From positions 1 to 53,668 of the forward strand of contig PMWA01000062.1 in assembly GCA_003166335.1 (NCBI GenBank): a stretch of DNA of 53,668 nucleotides, given 5' to 3'. Both the position numbers and the translations under genes were made by a program. This document shows, piece by piece, positions 1-9,101 of this stretch. The DNA is from Methanobacterium sp. GTDB taxonomy: Archaea; Methanobacteriota; Methanobacteria; Methanobacteriales; Methanobacteriaceae. The notes under the pieces were generated by a model, which was not told where the DNA came from, did not search any database, and was given only the letters and a program-made list of their open reading frames with translations. The stretch's first letter is position 1, and every line of letters starts with the position of its first letter.

Positions 1-1301
1 GCTTTACTTCTCCCACCAGCGGCGGCTGTTTTCGCTGCAATAACTCCTTGACGATATATTTTACCATTCTTACCAATCTCAAAACCATAAGAACCGGAAA
101 GTGTAGCATCACCATCTGGATGTACTGCTAAGGCGTATTTCTTGTATTCATCGATATCACTGTCAAAGTCTGCGAATGTTGGTTTTTTCCATGTTCCATT
201 ATTAATTTCACCCGCTTTAATCTGCTTAACCGCATTATCATAACAGGTCTGGTTAACAGTGTAATCACTTTTCTTTGCCTGTGTGAACATTTTACCTTGC
301 ATTGAATCTGCGATAGAATACTGATTATTTCCAAAAGCAGCCTGAGCTTCATTCGGCGTACTAGTTGTAAGGCCTGCTCCGCAAACTGCACATGTTGTAG
401 CTTCAGGTGTGTTAGTTGCTCCACATGAACATGTTATTGTTTCATCATCTTCCTCACCCTCTTCATCGGAAGATTCATCTGCAATAATGGCATCTATAAG
501 GGCATCATAGGCACTTTGGAAATCCTGTAAAGCACTTCCAACAGCACCATCATCAACATCCGCATTATTGGTAGATGCGAATTCAACATTATCAAAATCC
601 TGTTTCAATTGTTTCAGTTTTTCAAGAGCATTTAATCCAGCTGTGTTTAATTTAATTCCTTCAGATAGACCCTCAGCATCTGGTAGGTTTGGTATTCCTG
701 AGATTATTTGCTGTGCTATCTGGCCACATACACCATCACTACACACAGCTTCACTTACAGCTACTGAACCGTCACTGGATTTAACTGCGTTCAATGGTGT
801 TACTGTCCACTCAACTAGTTCAGCATCTTCAACTTCAATTGTAAATCCTTGCGCGGTTTCCGGTGCTTTACTTAATTCAAATTTCTCTGTGATACCTCCA
901 ATACTCAAACCTAATGGTATATCCTCTTCAAGACAGCTTTCAACCTCCACCATGGGTTTATCAACTATCTGGTTTCCTGTTTTTTTCCTGACCTGAATTA
1001 CTGGTTTTATTTCATCATTTGCACTTTGTTCTACTCCGAGTACTTTTCCAACGATTTGGCTAGGGTCATGGTGCCATAAACTGATTTTACCTTTACTAGT
1101 TCCTTTGAGTTTGGTTATAAGGGCTTGGCTTAGTCTGTGACCGGTTCGTGATCTTTCAAATTTAGATCCCAATCCTTCAATTTTTATTCTGCCGGTGCTA
1201 TCCTGGTGAAGTGTGGCTGGTATATGGACAAAGAAGGGTTTTTTACCATCCTTAATTGCTTGTCGAACCCATTGCGGATTATATTTGTCTATAGTAATCA
1301 C
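1..1301 (-). CDS. HK97/S78-like prohead protease with long C-terminal extension; 3-prime end runs off the window
   Basis: I translated an uninterrupted minus-strand frame by hand; it is absent from the ORF track because no stop occurs before the window edge. The only candidate start is GTG at 1301-1299, directly after GGAG. Motifs ISLWHHD..IVGKV and IPLGLSIGG resemble the S78 His/Ser regions. An internal CSCG..CAVCG zinc-ribbon-like segment is present. The gene sits downstream of portal and MuF. Confidence 0.6.
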   Translation of the reverse strand, partial: MITIDKYNPQWVRQAIKDGKKPFFVHIPATLHQDSTGRIKIEGLGSKFERSRTGHRLSQALITKLKGTSKGKISLWHHDPSQIVGKVLGVEQSANDEIKPVIQVRKKTGNQIVDKPMVEVESCLEEDIPLGLSIGGITEKFELSKAPETAQGFTIEVEDAELVEWTVTPLNAVKSSDGSVAVSEAVCSDGVCGQIAQQIISGIPNLPDAEGLSEGIKLNTAGLNALEKLKQLKQDFDNVEFASTNNADVDDGAVGSALQDFQSAYDALIDAIIADESSDEEGEEDDETITCSCGATNTPEATTCAVCGAGLTTSTPNEAQAAFGNNQYSIADSMQGKMFTQAKKSDYTVNQTCYDNAVKQIKAGEINNGTWKKPTFADFDSDIDEYKKYALAVHPDGDATLSGSYGFEIGKNGKIYRQGVIAAKTAAAGGRSK

Positions 1302-1719
1302 CTCCTTTGGTGAATTAAAGAACTTTTTAAATAAAATTTAAAAAAAAGAATTTAGAATATTAAATAGATACATCACTTTTCATGTTCTTTTTTACACTTG
1401 AAGTGCAAGACTAAATATTTGTTTAATTTAAATTTTGAATTCAAAATGAAAAGATCAGTAAATATTAAAATTAACTATTTCTTAAAAAAATCACATTCAA
1501 AGGGATTTAATAGGATTTATAAAAATATCACCTAAAAATTAATTTACATCTTTCTTTTACTGATAAATAGGGTTCAAATTACGTATTTTAATTTAAAACA
1601 AACTAAAAATTCTTGGAATAGAATTAGTATTACTATTTTAGAGGTCTTTTATATGTAACATATAAAAACATGGTACCAATATTTCGATTTTTAAAACAAA
1701 TTTATTACTCATTTCATCC

Positions 1720-1747
1720 TCTTCGTTATATTGCCATATTACGAAGT
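1720..1747. repeat. dif-like palindrome copy a: TCTTCGTTATA-TTGCCA-TATTACGAAGT
   Basis: 11-bp inverted arms with a 6-bp spacer. It is intergenic, between the protease start and the 3-prime end of the adhesin-like gene. Confidence 0.7.
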
Positions 1748-1905
1748 AAAATATATATTTGCTAATAACTTATTCCATCTTCAACACCCTAGCATTTTAC
1801 ACTAACATGGATTTAAAAAAAGAAATATGAGAAAGTGAATATATTATGATTCACAATAGCTAGTGCGGGCTTGTTCTTTTTGTTTGTGCTGAGTAAACCT
1901 AAAAT

Positions 1906-1921
1906 CCAGATAAAAATCTGG
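1906..1921 (-). terminator. Hairpin CCAGAT-TTTT-ATCTGG downstream of the adhesin-like gene
   Basis: 6-bp stem, 18 nt after the stop at 1939, followed by a T-rich tract on the minus strand. Confidence 0.3.
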
Positions 1922-1938
1922 ACTATTCAGTTACGTGC

Positions 1939-2946
1939 TTAAATACGTTCAATACTACCATAAAATTCTGGTGTGTTTCCACTTATTTTTGTATTTATAT
2001 CGTAATAAACCTGACCTCTATCGTTGTCGATTCCTCCACCACGTTCTGCTTTGTTGTCGGTGATACTGGACTCACTTATAGTTACAACACTACTACGCCC
2101 GTTGTAGATTCCTCCACCCCACTTGACAGCGGTGTTTGACGTGATAGTTGATTGTTGTAAAATCACCATACCGCCATTGTTTAGGATTCCTCCACCCCAA
2201 TTGTCAGCGGTGTTGGAGTTGATAATGGAAGAGTATATATTTAAAGTACCATACCCACAGTTGTAGATTCCTCCACCATAATAGGCTTTGTTGGCGGTGA
2301 TATTGGTAGAGTATATATTTAGAGTTCCATAGTTTATGATTCCTCCACCATTATATGCTTTGTTGTCGGTGATATCGGAAGACCGTATGGTTACAGTAGC
2401 CTTCCTCGCGTTGTAGATTCCTCCACCATTAGTTGCTTTGTTGTCGGTGATAATGGAAGACTGTAATGTTAACTTACCCTCGTTGTAGATTCCTCCACCA
2501 TCAGTTGCATCTCCATGTGTGATGGTGAATCCACTTATATCAGCAACAATGTTAGGCTGAATTTTTATTACGCTGCCTTTATTTTCTCCATTTATAATAG
2601 TGTTTTTGGTGGCTTTGAGAGTAACATCTTTATTGATATTCAGGTTTTCATTGTATGTGCCTGGTTCTACATACACTATTCCACTTTTTGCCACGGTGTC
2701 TATTCCTTTTTGTATGGTTTTCAATGCGGTTTCAGGTGTTGTACCATTGTTCTCATTACTGCCATTGGTTGCCACATAAATAATTTTACTGTTAACGATA
2801 TTTGCAGTAGCTAAATGAGTATTAGTACTAATGTTATTTGTGTTATTAACTGTTGCTGCACTGGATGAACCTGCAGCAAACATAATCACACTGAGAAATA
2901 GCAGAAATAGCATTAATTTCTTAATATCTAATTTGCATATTTTCAT
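1939..2946 (-). CDS. Secreted adhesin-like protein with PMP-type (GGGIYN) parallel beta-helix repeats
   Basis: N-terminal hydrophobic signal/anchor, then about eight repeats of the form S.I..N.A..GGGI.N of roughly 25 aa. The second ATG (2946) is preceded by AAGGGGGGT. Confidence 0.65.
   Translation of the reverse strand: MKICKLDIKKLMLFLLFLSVIMFAAGSSSAATVNNTNNISTNTHLATANIVNSKIIYVATNGSNENNGTTPETALKTIQKGIDTVAKSGIVYVEPGTYNENLNINKDVTLKATKNTIINGENKGSVIKIQPNIVADISGFTITHGDATDGGGIYNEGKLTLQSSIITDNKATNGGGIYNARKATVTIRSSDITDNKAYNGGGIINYGTLNIYSTNITANKAYYGGGIYNCGYGTLNIYSSIINSNTADNWGGGILNNGGMVILQQSTITSNTAVKWGGGIYNGRSSVVTISESSITDNKAERGGGIDNDRGQVYYDINTKISGNTPEFYGSIERI
2020..2520 (-). repeat. Tandem coding repeats of about 75 nt inside the adhesin-like gene
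   Basis: GATTCCTCCACC recurs at about 75-77 nt spacing (near 2031, 2108, 2184, 2265, 2338, 2414, 2488). Confidence 0.6.
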
Positions 2947-3138
2947 TTTTCGACCCCCCTTGATCATATAACATCATAAATAATGTAGTATTCATCAAGA
3001 TAAATATTTTATGATAAATATACATAAATATTCTTATAATAATAAAAATTTAATATAAGCATTCATTGGGTTAATGTCGGTTTAAATCTTATAACTTAAA
3101 AAAAGTCATTTAATTTTTTTATTATAAATAAATTCGTC

Positions 3139-3149
3139 ATGTACGAAGT
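3139..3149. repeat. Isolated right arm of the dif-like palindrome (ATGTACGAAGT)
   Basis: Matches the right-arm consensus TATNACGAAGT. It lies 4 nt from the MuF-like stop, and a short TTCGT..ACGAA inverted repeat overlaps it. Confidence 0.4.
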
Positions 3150-3153
3150 TCAT

Positions 3154-4164
3154 TTATCCAAAAGTTATAATCGGAGCTCCAGGCGGATCATTACATTGAC
3201 ATAAATCATGTAAAGTTGATGGTGGGAAATTATCTATAGGGTAAGGTCCACCAGCAGCCATATCCTCACAATCTTCACAAGGACCGTTACGGGTACAGTT
3301 TCCATTATCTTGGCAAGTTAACCATGGTAGTAAAATTGTTAAATTTGATATTAAAGCCGTTGCAAGAAGTCCTGCGACTAAATAACCAGCCATGAAACTT
3401 TCAAGCCATCCGAACATTCCCAGTTGGTCTAAATTATCCTGAGCATTATTAAATACATTATCTGTACTGCTGTCATCTTCTTCGCAGTAGCTTTCTAATT
3501 CTGCTTCAGTCCAATCTGGATGTAATTGGTGCTGCTGTTTCATGCACGGTGTATAATCAGACTGTGCTTGTTTCAGTTTTTTAGGGGCTTTGAAATGATA
3601 ATAACTTTGAATATCATTCATATCCACTTTCTGTCTTAAACGACCCCTTATTATAAGTCCGATATCCTCTAAATTTTGTAATTGCTGTCTAAGAATACTT
3701 TGAAGCCGTGGCTGTTCATTTGCTTGAATTGGTGGATTGACTTTTGCTTTAGTTAAATATCCGTTCATTGAGTCATAGCCATCTTGGTAGCGGGTTTGAA
3801 CTGTATTTTTAACTAATCCTTGTGTATCGTTGATAAATGTTTGAACAGAATTATCTATCTCAGATATTTTATCGTCTGCTGTTAACGCATTATTATAAAT
3901 AGTTTTTTTAGCATCATCATAAAGATCGTGCAGTGAATCTAATAATTTTTGACGGTAATCAACCTGTTCTTGTGTGGGTTTTGTTTCGCCTTTTTGTTCA
4001 TCTACATCGAATGTGGGTGCTGATTGATTCAAAATAATGGACTTGTTATTTGCTTTTATTATTAATTCCTTCGTGACTTGGTTAAGGAATTCTTGACTTG
4101 TTGGAAATTCATTGAGGCCTGTAGCGTCTAACAGTTCTTTTTTCATAAGAACTGTGGGTTGCAT
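3154..4164 (-). CDS. Head morphogenesis protein, SPP1 gp7 / Mu F-like
   Basis: The C-terminal pattern W..C.D...C..C....GGPYP....PP..LHDLCQC resembles the MuF/gp7 motif (W..D..C..C..G...P.HP.C.C). The position after the portal fits. Confidence 0.5.
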   Translation of the reverse strand: MQPTVLMKKELLDATGLNEFPTSQEFLNQVTKELIIKANNKSIILNQSAPTFDVDEQKGETKPTQEQVDYRQKLLDSLHDLYDDAKKTIYNNALTADDKISEIDNSVQTFINDTQGLVKNTVQTRYQDGYDSMNGYLTKAKVNPPIQANEQPRLQSILRQQLQNLEDIGLIIRGRLRQKVDMNDIQSYYHFKAPKKLKQAQSDYTPCMKQQHQLHPDWTEAELESYCEEDDSSTDNVFNNAQDNLDQLGMFGWLESFMAGYLVAGLLATALISNLTILLPWLTCQDNGNCTRNGPCEDCEDMAAGGPYPIDNFPPSTLHDLCQCNDPPGAPIITFG

Positions 4165-4296
4165 GGTTGATCAACTTTTTATTTAAAATAATTGTAGAAA
4201 AAATAAGAATAAATTCTATCATCAAAAATAATTATAAACAATTCATTTATCCTTTTTAAATGTACCATAATCTATAAATCTTATGAAATAATTAAT

Positions 4297-4307
4297 ATTA
4301 ACGAAGT
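4297..4307. repeat. Isolated right arm of the dif-like palindrome (ATTAACGAAGT)
   Basis: Intergenic, between the MuF-like start and the plus-strand receiver gene. Confidence 0.4.
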
Positions 4308-4399
4308 TTTATTTAGATATCATTTATGAAAATAGTGAATAATACATATAGGGGTAAATTTTCTGGTTTTTATTTTCGCTATTGAATGGATGTTAAAAG

Positions 4400-4831
4400 A
4401 TGGTAATGAAAACGATTAAGCCTGTTGAGATTTTGTTGGTTGAAAACAATCCCGGTGATTTGCAAGAGTTCAGTTTATTGTTTAAAGAATCATCTATTCC
4501 CAATAATTTCCGTTTTGTAGGCAATGGAGATGAAGCATTAGAAATGCTGTTTCAAATGAATGTATTTAGTGATATTCCACGGCCAGATGTTGTAATATTT
4601 GATATTCATTCTTTTAGAAAGGAAGATTGGAATTTATTACAAGAGATTGCCAAAGAAGCGGGTATAAAATGTATACCAGTGTTATTTTTAACCAAGGATT
4701 TAGGCATTAAAGAAGAAGCTGAGAAACATTTTAGCTGTCCCATTCATTCTTTAAACGAACCAAATAGCATAAATGAATACAAAAATATAGTGAAATCTGT
4801 AGAGGATTTTTGGCTTAGTAAACAAAAATAA
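4400..4831 (+). CDS. Stand-alone CheY-like receiver domain, degenerate (pseudo-receiver)
   Basis: ILLVENNPGD, VVIFD and FLT are receiver-like. The second acidic residue of the ED pair is N, and the conserved K-P is replaced by E-P (SLNEP). It is a paralogue of the canonical host copy at 45185-45619. Confidence 0.7.
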   Translation: MVMKTIKPVEILLVENNPGDLQEFSLLFKESSIPNNFRFVGNGDEALEMLFQMNVFSDIPRPDVVIFDIHSFRKEDWNLLQEIAKEAGIKCIPVLFLTKDLGIKEEAEKHFSCPIHSLNEPNSINEYKNIVKSVEDFWLSKQK

Positions 4832-4934
4832 AAGTATTACATAAATTATATTTATTCAATAATTCTTAACTTATTCAAAAAATACGTACCTATAACTTCC
4901 AAAACATTAAAAATATATTTGAATAGGTGATTTA

Positions 4935-5681
4935 ATGAGTAAAATTACTTCTAAAGATGACTATAATTCGAATTTTAACCAGTTATTGAGCCGGCTTGGA
5001 TTCTTCTCAGCGGTTCTGACGGTTTTAATTACGGTTGTGTTTCTCCTGGCTGGTATCTTGACCCCTGCGAGATCAGGACCTTTCGCCACCTCTGCTGTTA
5101 ACGCTATTCACTATCCCTATACGAATGTGGCTGCTTTTATTCCTGGTGATTACTTATGGATTTATCCGGGAATTCTATTAGCACTGATATTCATAGTGCT
5201 AATGGTGTGTATTCATTATTACTCCTCTGATGATAAGAAAGTTTTTAGTCAGATTGGTTTGTCATTCGCTTTAATTTACGCTACGGTGATACTCATAGAT
5301 TATTTTATTCAGTTAACTGTGATCGTTCCCAGCATCATAAATGGTGAAACAGCCGGTTTATCATTGCTTACGCAATATAATCCGCATGGAATATTCATTG
5401 CCCTTGAAGGCCTCGGATATTTAATGATGAGTGTGGCTTTCCTCTTCATGGCTGCTGTTTTTAATGGTGGACGACTCGAGCGTGCAATAAGATGGATTTT
5501 CATTTCAGGTTTCCTGATTGCAATCATCTTTTTTACAATTCTTTCTTTGTTGAAATATGATATTGTAGCGTTTGAAGTAGCTATTCTCACTATAAATTGG
5601 ATAGTATTGATAGTTAATGGGTTGTTATTGAGTGTTTTGTTCCATCGAGCTGCTCAACATTCTCCTTCACTATCCCAATAA
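4935..5681 (+). CDS. Polytopic membrane protein of unknown function
   Basis: About 6-7 hydrophobic helices. It is co-oriented with, and directly downstream of, the receiver gene. Confidence 0.6.
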   Translation: MSKITSKDDYNSNFNQLLSRLGFFSAVLTVLITVVFLLAGILTPARSGPFATSAVNAIHYPYTNVAAFIPGDYLWIYPGILLALIFIVLMVCIHYYSSDDKKVFSQIGLSFALIYATVILIDYFIQLTVIVPSIINGETAGLSLLTQYNPHGIFIALEGLGYLMMSVAFLFMAAVFNGGRLERAIRWIFISGFLIAIIFFTILSLLKYDIVAFEVAILTINWIVLIVNGLLLSVLFHRAAQHSPSLSQ

Positions 5682-5745
5682 AACATTTTTAAAATAATTA
5701 CAAAATTTCTTTGGTAAAATAATTTAATTTAAGATTATTAAATCT

Positions 5746-5772
5746 ACTTCGTTAAACTAACTATTACGAAGT
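5746..5772. repeat. dif-like palindrome copy d: ACTTCGTTAAA-CTAAC-TATTACGAAGT
   Basis: 11-bp arms with a 5-bp spacer, in the convergent gap between the membrane protein and portal stops. Confidence 0.7.
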
Positions 5773-5776
5773 ACCA

Positions 5777-7258
5777 TTATAAAACTTCAATTAGCCCATT
5801 CTCTTCAAGTAGTTTCTGAACATTCTGCTCCAATAAACTCTGTTTCTGCTTCTTTCGAGGAGTTAAACTAGCCTGCTGAACTCCCTCTCTACATAATTCA
5901 TTTTTCATCGCATCATTAATTGACTGTTTAATTGGTGTAGCGGGCTGTGAAGGACTTGTAAGTAAATTCGCAGGTGACATCTTATCTAATAACCAGGGTT
6001 GATCACCAACACCGAGACCTTCAAAATCTTCTGGATAAGGGTCATCACCTCTTGCAGTCCTAATTTCATTCCATGTCCTACTACCATTCTCCCAAGCCTG
6101 AGTATCTAATTCCCCTTGTCTGACTTGATCAGTTTTAGTTAAATTTCTAAATCCAAGAATTGTATCCTCAATACCTGCAAATTCAAGTAAACGGAAATTC
6201 AAGTGAGAAAGAATCATATTCATATTATTGTTAAGGGTGTCATTCATCATGTCATCTTGATTCTCACCCTCACCATTACCAATAGATCCTCCATTTCCAA
6301 ATCCTATTTTACTTTGAGGAACATGGTAAGCTGCTTTAACCGCGTCTATGATGTTTTGGGTGATAGATGGTGTAAGCATATCACTGTTAGTGCTGCTTAA
6401 CAATTCATAAGTAGCACCGAAAATAGCTATATTCCCGTTCTTTCCCTCTTCCTCTAATGATTTTATCTGTCTACCTACCCTATCTACTTCTTTCTTCGCT
6501 ATCTCATAAGGAATTGTTTTATCAAAACTAAGAACTCCCTTGAGCATGTCACTAGTGAAATATCGGAGGTTATGCTCTACAACCGCCTCATCAAGCATTA
6601 AATGATTGAATAAACCAACCAATGGTGTTAATCCTTTAGAATCATCAAAAGGATTCGGGTCAAATATTGGTATTATGCCATTGTCTGGGAATACATAGCC
6701 ATTCTGATTTATGAAAAAGATTTTATTATTCACTTTTTTAGCTTTAATATGTGAAGGTGCAATCCTATCCAACCTTGCAGGCCATCCAAACATATTATAA
6801 GTCACTTCAACATAGGCAGATCCACACTGTTTATAATCGGTTGCAATCATCTTAGCAAACACATTCTCGGGTTGCAATGGGTTGGGGTGGTTGATTAAGT
6901 TCTCTAAATATTCTATTTCAAGTTCATTAGGATGTTGAAGATCCTTCGCAATCCCTATAATATCAGCATTGCTTATTGGATCTGCTATTGCATTTATGGC
7001 GCTGGATATCCATACATTACTGGTGGCTAATTGTGCGCATGTGAATGGATTTAAGTTTAAGTAAGCTGTTTTAAAGTAGCTGTTTTTGTAATAACTGATG
7101 AAATCTCCTATATTCTGGAAACGCATGCCCGAAAATTCAGATAATGTGTCAAGTAAGTGTGTGGGGTCGAATGTATCAGAGTGTTGAGATGGAAATATCC
7201 TTTTTCCGGCGTTGGTGATGCTGTTTAATGCATTTCCAATGCCTTGTGTTATTTTCAT
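5777..7258 (-). CDS. Portal protein
   Basis: About 490 aa in the terL-downstream position typical of a portal. I did not identify a diagnostic motif. The start was chosen at MKITQG (GGGAG 9 nt upstream); the ORF track allows 7300. Confidence 0.55.
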   Translation of the reverse strand: MKITQGIGNALNSITNAGKRIFPSQHSDTFDPTHLLDTLSEFSGMRFQNIGDFISYYKNSYFKTAYLNLNPFTCAQLATSNVWISSAINAIADPISNADIIGIAKDLQHPNELEIEYLENLINHPNPLQPENVFAKMIATDYKQCGSAYVEVTYNMFGWPARLDRIAPSHIKAKKVNNKIFFINQNGYVFPDNGIIPIFDPNPFDDSKGLTPLVGLFNHLMLDEAVVEHNLRYFTSDMLKGVLSFDKTIPYEIAKKEVDRVGRQIKSLEEEGKNGNIAIFGATYELLSSTNSDMLTPSITQNIIDAVKAAYHVPQSKIGFGNGGSIGNGEGENQDDMMNDTLNNNMNMILSHLNFRLLEFAGIEDTILGFRNLTKTDQVRQGELDTQAWENGSRTWNEIRTARGDDPYPEDFEGLGVGDQPWLLDKMSPANLLTSPSQPATPIKQSINDAMKNELCREGVQQASLTPRKKQKQSLLEQNVQKLLEENGLIEVL

Positions 7259-7451
7259 CAATTGATATCTCCCATTATTTTTTATTGAAAGTAATTTCAA
7301 TAGCAGAATAATTTAATAAAACTAAGCACATTTCGAATGAATATTTTAGATCCAAAATGATAAAAAAATATGAATTAAATAGTTCATCAGTTTATGAAAG
7401 TTTTAAATAATATAATTAACTACTCCTGTAATAACATGGGGATGGTAACTA

Positions 7452-8669
7452 ATGATTTTAAAAAATGAAATTGTAATTCCTAGAGGGGAAAAAGAGTATT
7501 TAGAAGTTCGTGGAATAGCTGTTAAGGGCTCTGATTTTGATATTGGAAAAGACTTGGCAGAAGTAGGAATTAAAGAGTATGAGATACAATTGGATAAATA
7601 CAAAACTCCTGTTTACGGTAAAGCTAGACAGAATTATATGAAAAGAAATTTTCCAGCTCTAGCCGAAAGGGCTCGTGGAGTGGCTGATGCATTTAAACTG
7701 GATCTAAATGAAACCAATTATGATACTACTATTTTACCTTTCGATTTGGGTGATATGGCATGTTCTGCTATTTATTTCCCTGCTTCTTTAACAGAAAATA
7801 ATCATCCTTGTGTTTGCCGAAACTTGGACTGGTATGAGGAAAGTGTTACTGAATTGGGATCAGCTTTGATGGTTATAGAAGGTAAACCATCCAGAAAATC
7901 ACTTTCTAGAATAACATCTGTGGAATTTTATCCCGAAAATGGGTATAATACTGTACAATTTGGATCGCATGATCTACTTAACCCTCCCTTGGATGGAATT
8001 AATGAAAAAGGACTTTTTGTAACCATTCTCATAGATTTACAAGGATCAACAACTCCAATGCCATTTGGAGGAGCCATAGATACAGGAATGTCTTTTTCAC
8101 AACTTACAACCATGATCCTTAATAAGTGCGCAACTGTAGAAGAAGCCAAATTTGAGATCCTGCAACAAAGAGTTTATATCCCATCTAGGGCTATGCATTT
8201 CCTTATCGGAGATAAGGACGGTAATGTAACACTTTTTGAAATTGATGGGAAATCTGGTTTATACTACTTTATAGATGGAATCCCTGAGCAACCATTTATA
8301 GTAACCAATCACTCTATGCACATGTATCCAGAACCTTCCAAATTCCCTGAATATGATCCAAAGGAAGGATACAACACATTCAATCGCTGGAATCGCCTAG
8401 ATGAATACATTAAAAAACATGAAGGTGTTTTCACCAATGAAGATATGTTCGAAGCCATGAGCTTAGTTTATTCCCATTACAAGGATTCCATAGCAGCTGG
8501 AGGATCTTTCCCATTCACAGAAAGAACTATGTACACCTATGTAGCAGATATAGCTGAAAAAACCATGGAAGTCAAATTTTATAGTAAAGACGGCCCATCA
8601 GAAGATGGAAGCGAAAACCCTTCGATTATTTTCCATGATCCTGTAACTCTAGCTTTAAACTACGAGTAA
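7452..8669 (+). CDS. Ntn-hydrolase, peptidase C45 / choloylglycine-hydrolase-like, with roughly 100-aa propeptide
   Basis: Cys104 in ..[10 protein letters not shown].. is followed by CRNLDW (R-N-x-D of linear-amide Ntn hydrolases). The N-terminal region [21 protein letters not shown] is like C45 precursors, which self-cleave before Cys near residue 103. Confidence 0.6.
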   Translation: MILKNEIVIPRGEKEYLEVRGIAVKGSDFDIGKDLAEVGIKEYEIQLDKYKTPVYGKARQNYMKRNFPALAERARGVADAFKLDLNETNYDTTILPFDLGDMACSAIYFPASLTENNHPCVCRNLDWYEESVTELGSALMVIEGKPSRKSLSRITSVEFYPENGYNTVQFGSHDLLNPPLDGINEKGLFVTILIDLQGSTTPMPFGGAIDTGMSFSQLTTMILNKCATVEEAKFEILQQRVYIPSRAMHFLIGDKDGNVTLFEIDGKSGLYYFIDGIPEQPFIVTNHSMHMYPEPSKFPEYDPKEGYNTFNRWNRLDEYIKKHEGVFTNEDMFEAMSLVYSHYKDSIAAGGSFPFTERTMYTYVADIAEKTMEVKFYSKDGPSEDGSENPSIIFHDPVTLALNYE

Positions 8670-8955
8670 ATAGATAAAATTAAGAGACCTATTTAATAAC
8701 ACAAAATTAAGGGAAAAAGATAGTATTCAACTATATTATCTATTATTTTTCTTTTCATTATTTCATTCAGTTAAAATAGTTATTTCTGAAATTTTATACG
8801 CTTTTTTAAATGGTAATATATATAATATATTAATTAACGGAGGGCTAATATAAGCTTATTTAAACATACACCCCACTCCCTCATGATCCACAATATATTA
8901 TAAAATTATGTGGAAATATAATCTCTAAATATACAAATATGGTAAAAATTAATAA

Positions 8956-9099
8956 TTATTCTTTCAACATAGCATCATTCATAGTCTGATTACTAAGTTC
9001 AACCATTCTCAATGCTTTAACCCTAACCTCTTCATCAGATAAGTTAGGATTCTCCTCTCTTACAAAGCTCATAGCTTCCTGTAAACTTAAATTAACCAT
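8956..9099 (-). CDS. Small hypothetical protein (47 aa) directly after terL
   Basis: The ATG lies 2 nt after the terL stop. The ORF is below the track's size cut-off and was translated by hand. Confidence 0.35.
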   Translation of the reverse strand: MVNLSLQEAMSFVREENPNLSDEEVRVKALRMVELSNQTMNDAMLKE

Positions 9100-9101
9100 T
9101 A

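Noticed and set aside
128-996. Track ORFs 128-424 (-) and 568-996 (+)
   Set aside because: Both lie inside the long uninterrupted minus-strand protease frame, in other frames or on the antisense strand. Their translations are compositionally odd, so they are treated as spurious.
1407-1419. 13-mer AAGACTAAATATT shared with 14082-14094
   Set aside because: Matches of this length are expected many times by chance between AT-rich regions in a window of this size.
2515-2814. ORF 2515-2814 (+)
   Set aside because: It is antisense to the repeat-rich adhesin-like gene and has a Phe/Ile/Cys-rich, nonsense-like sequence.
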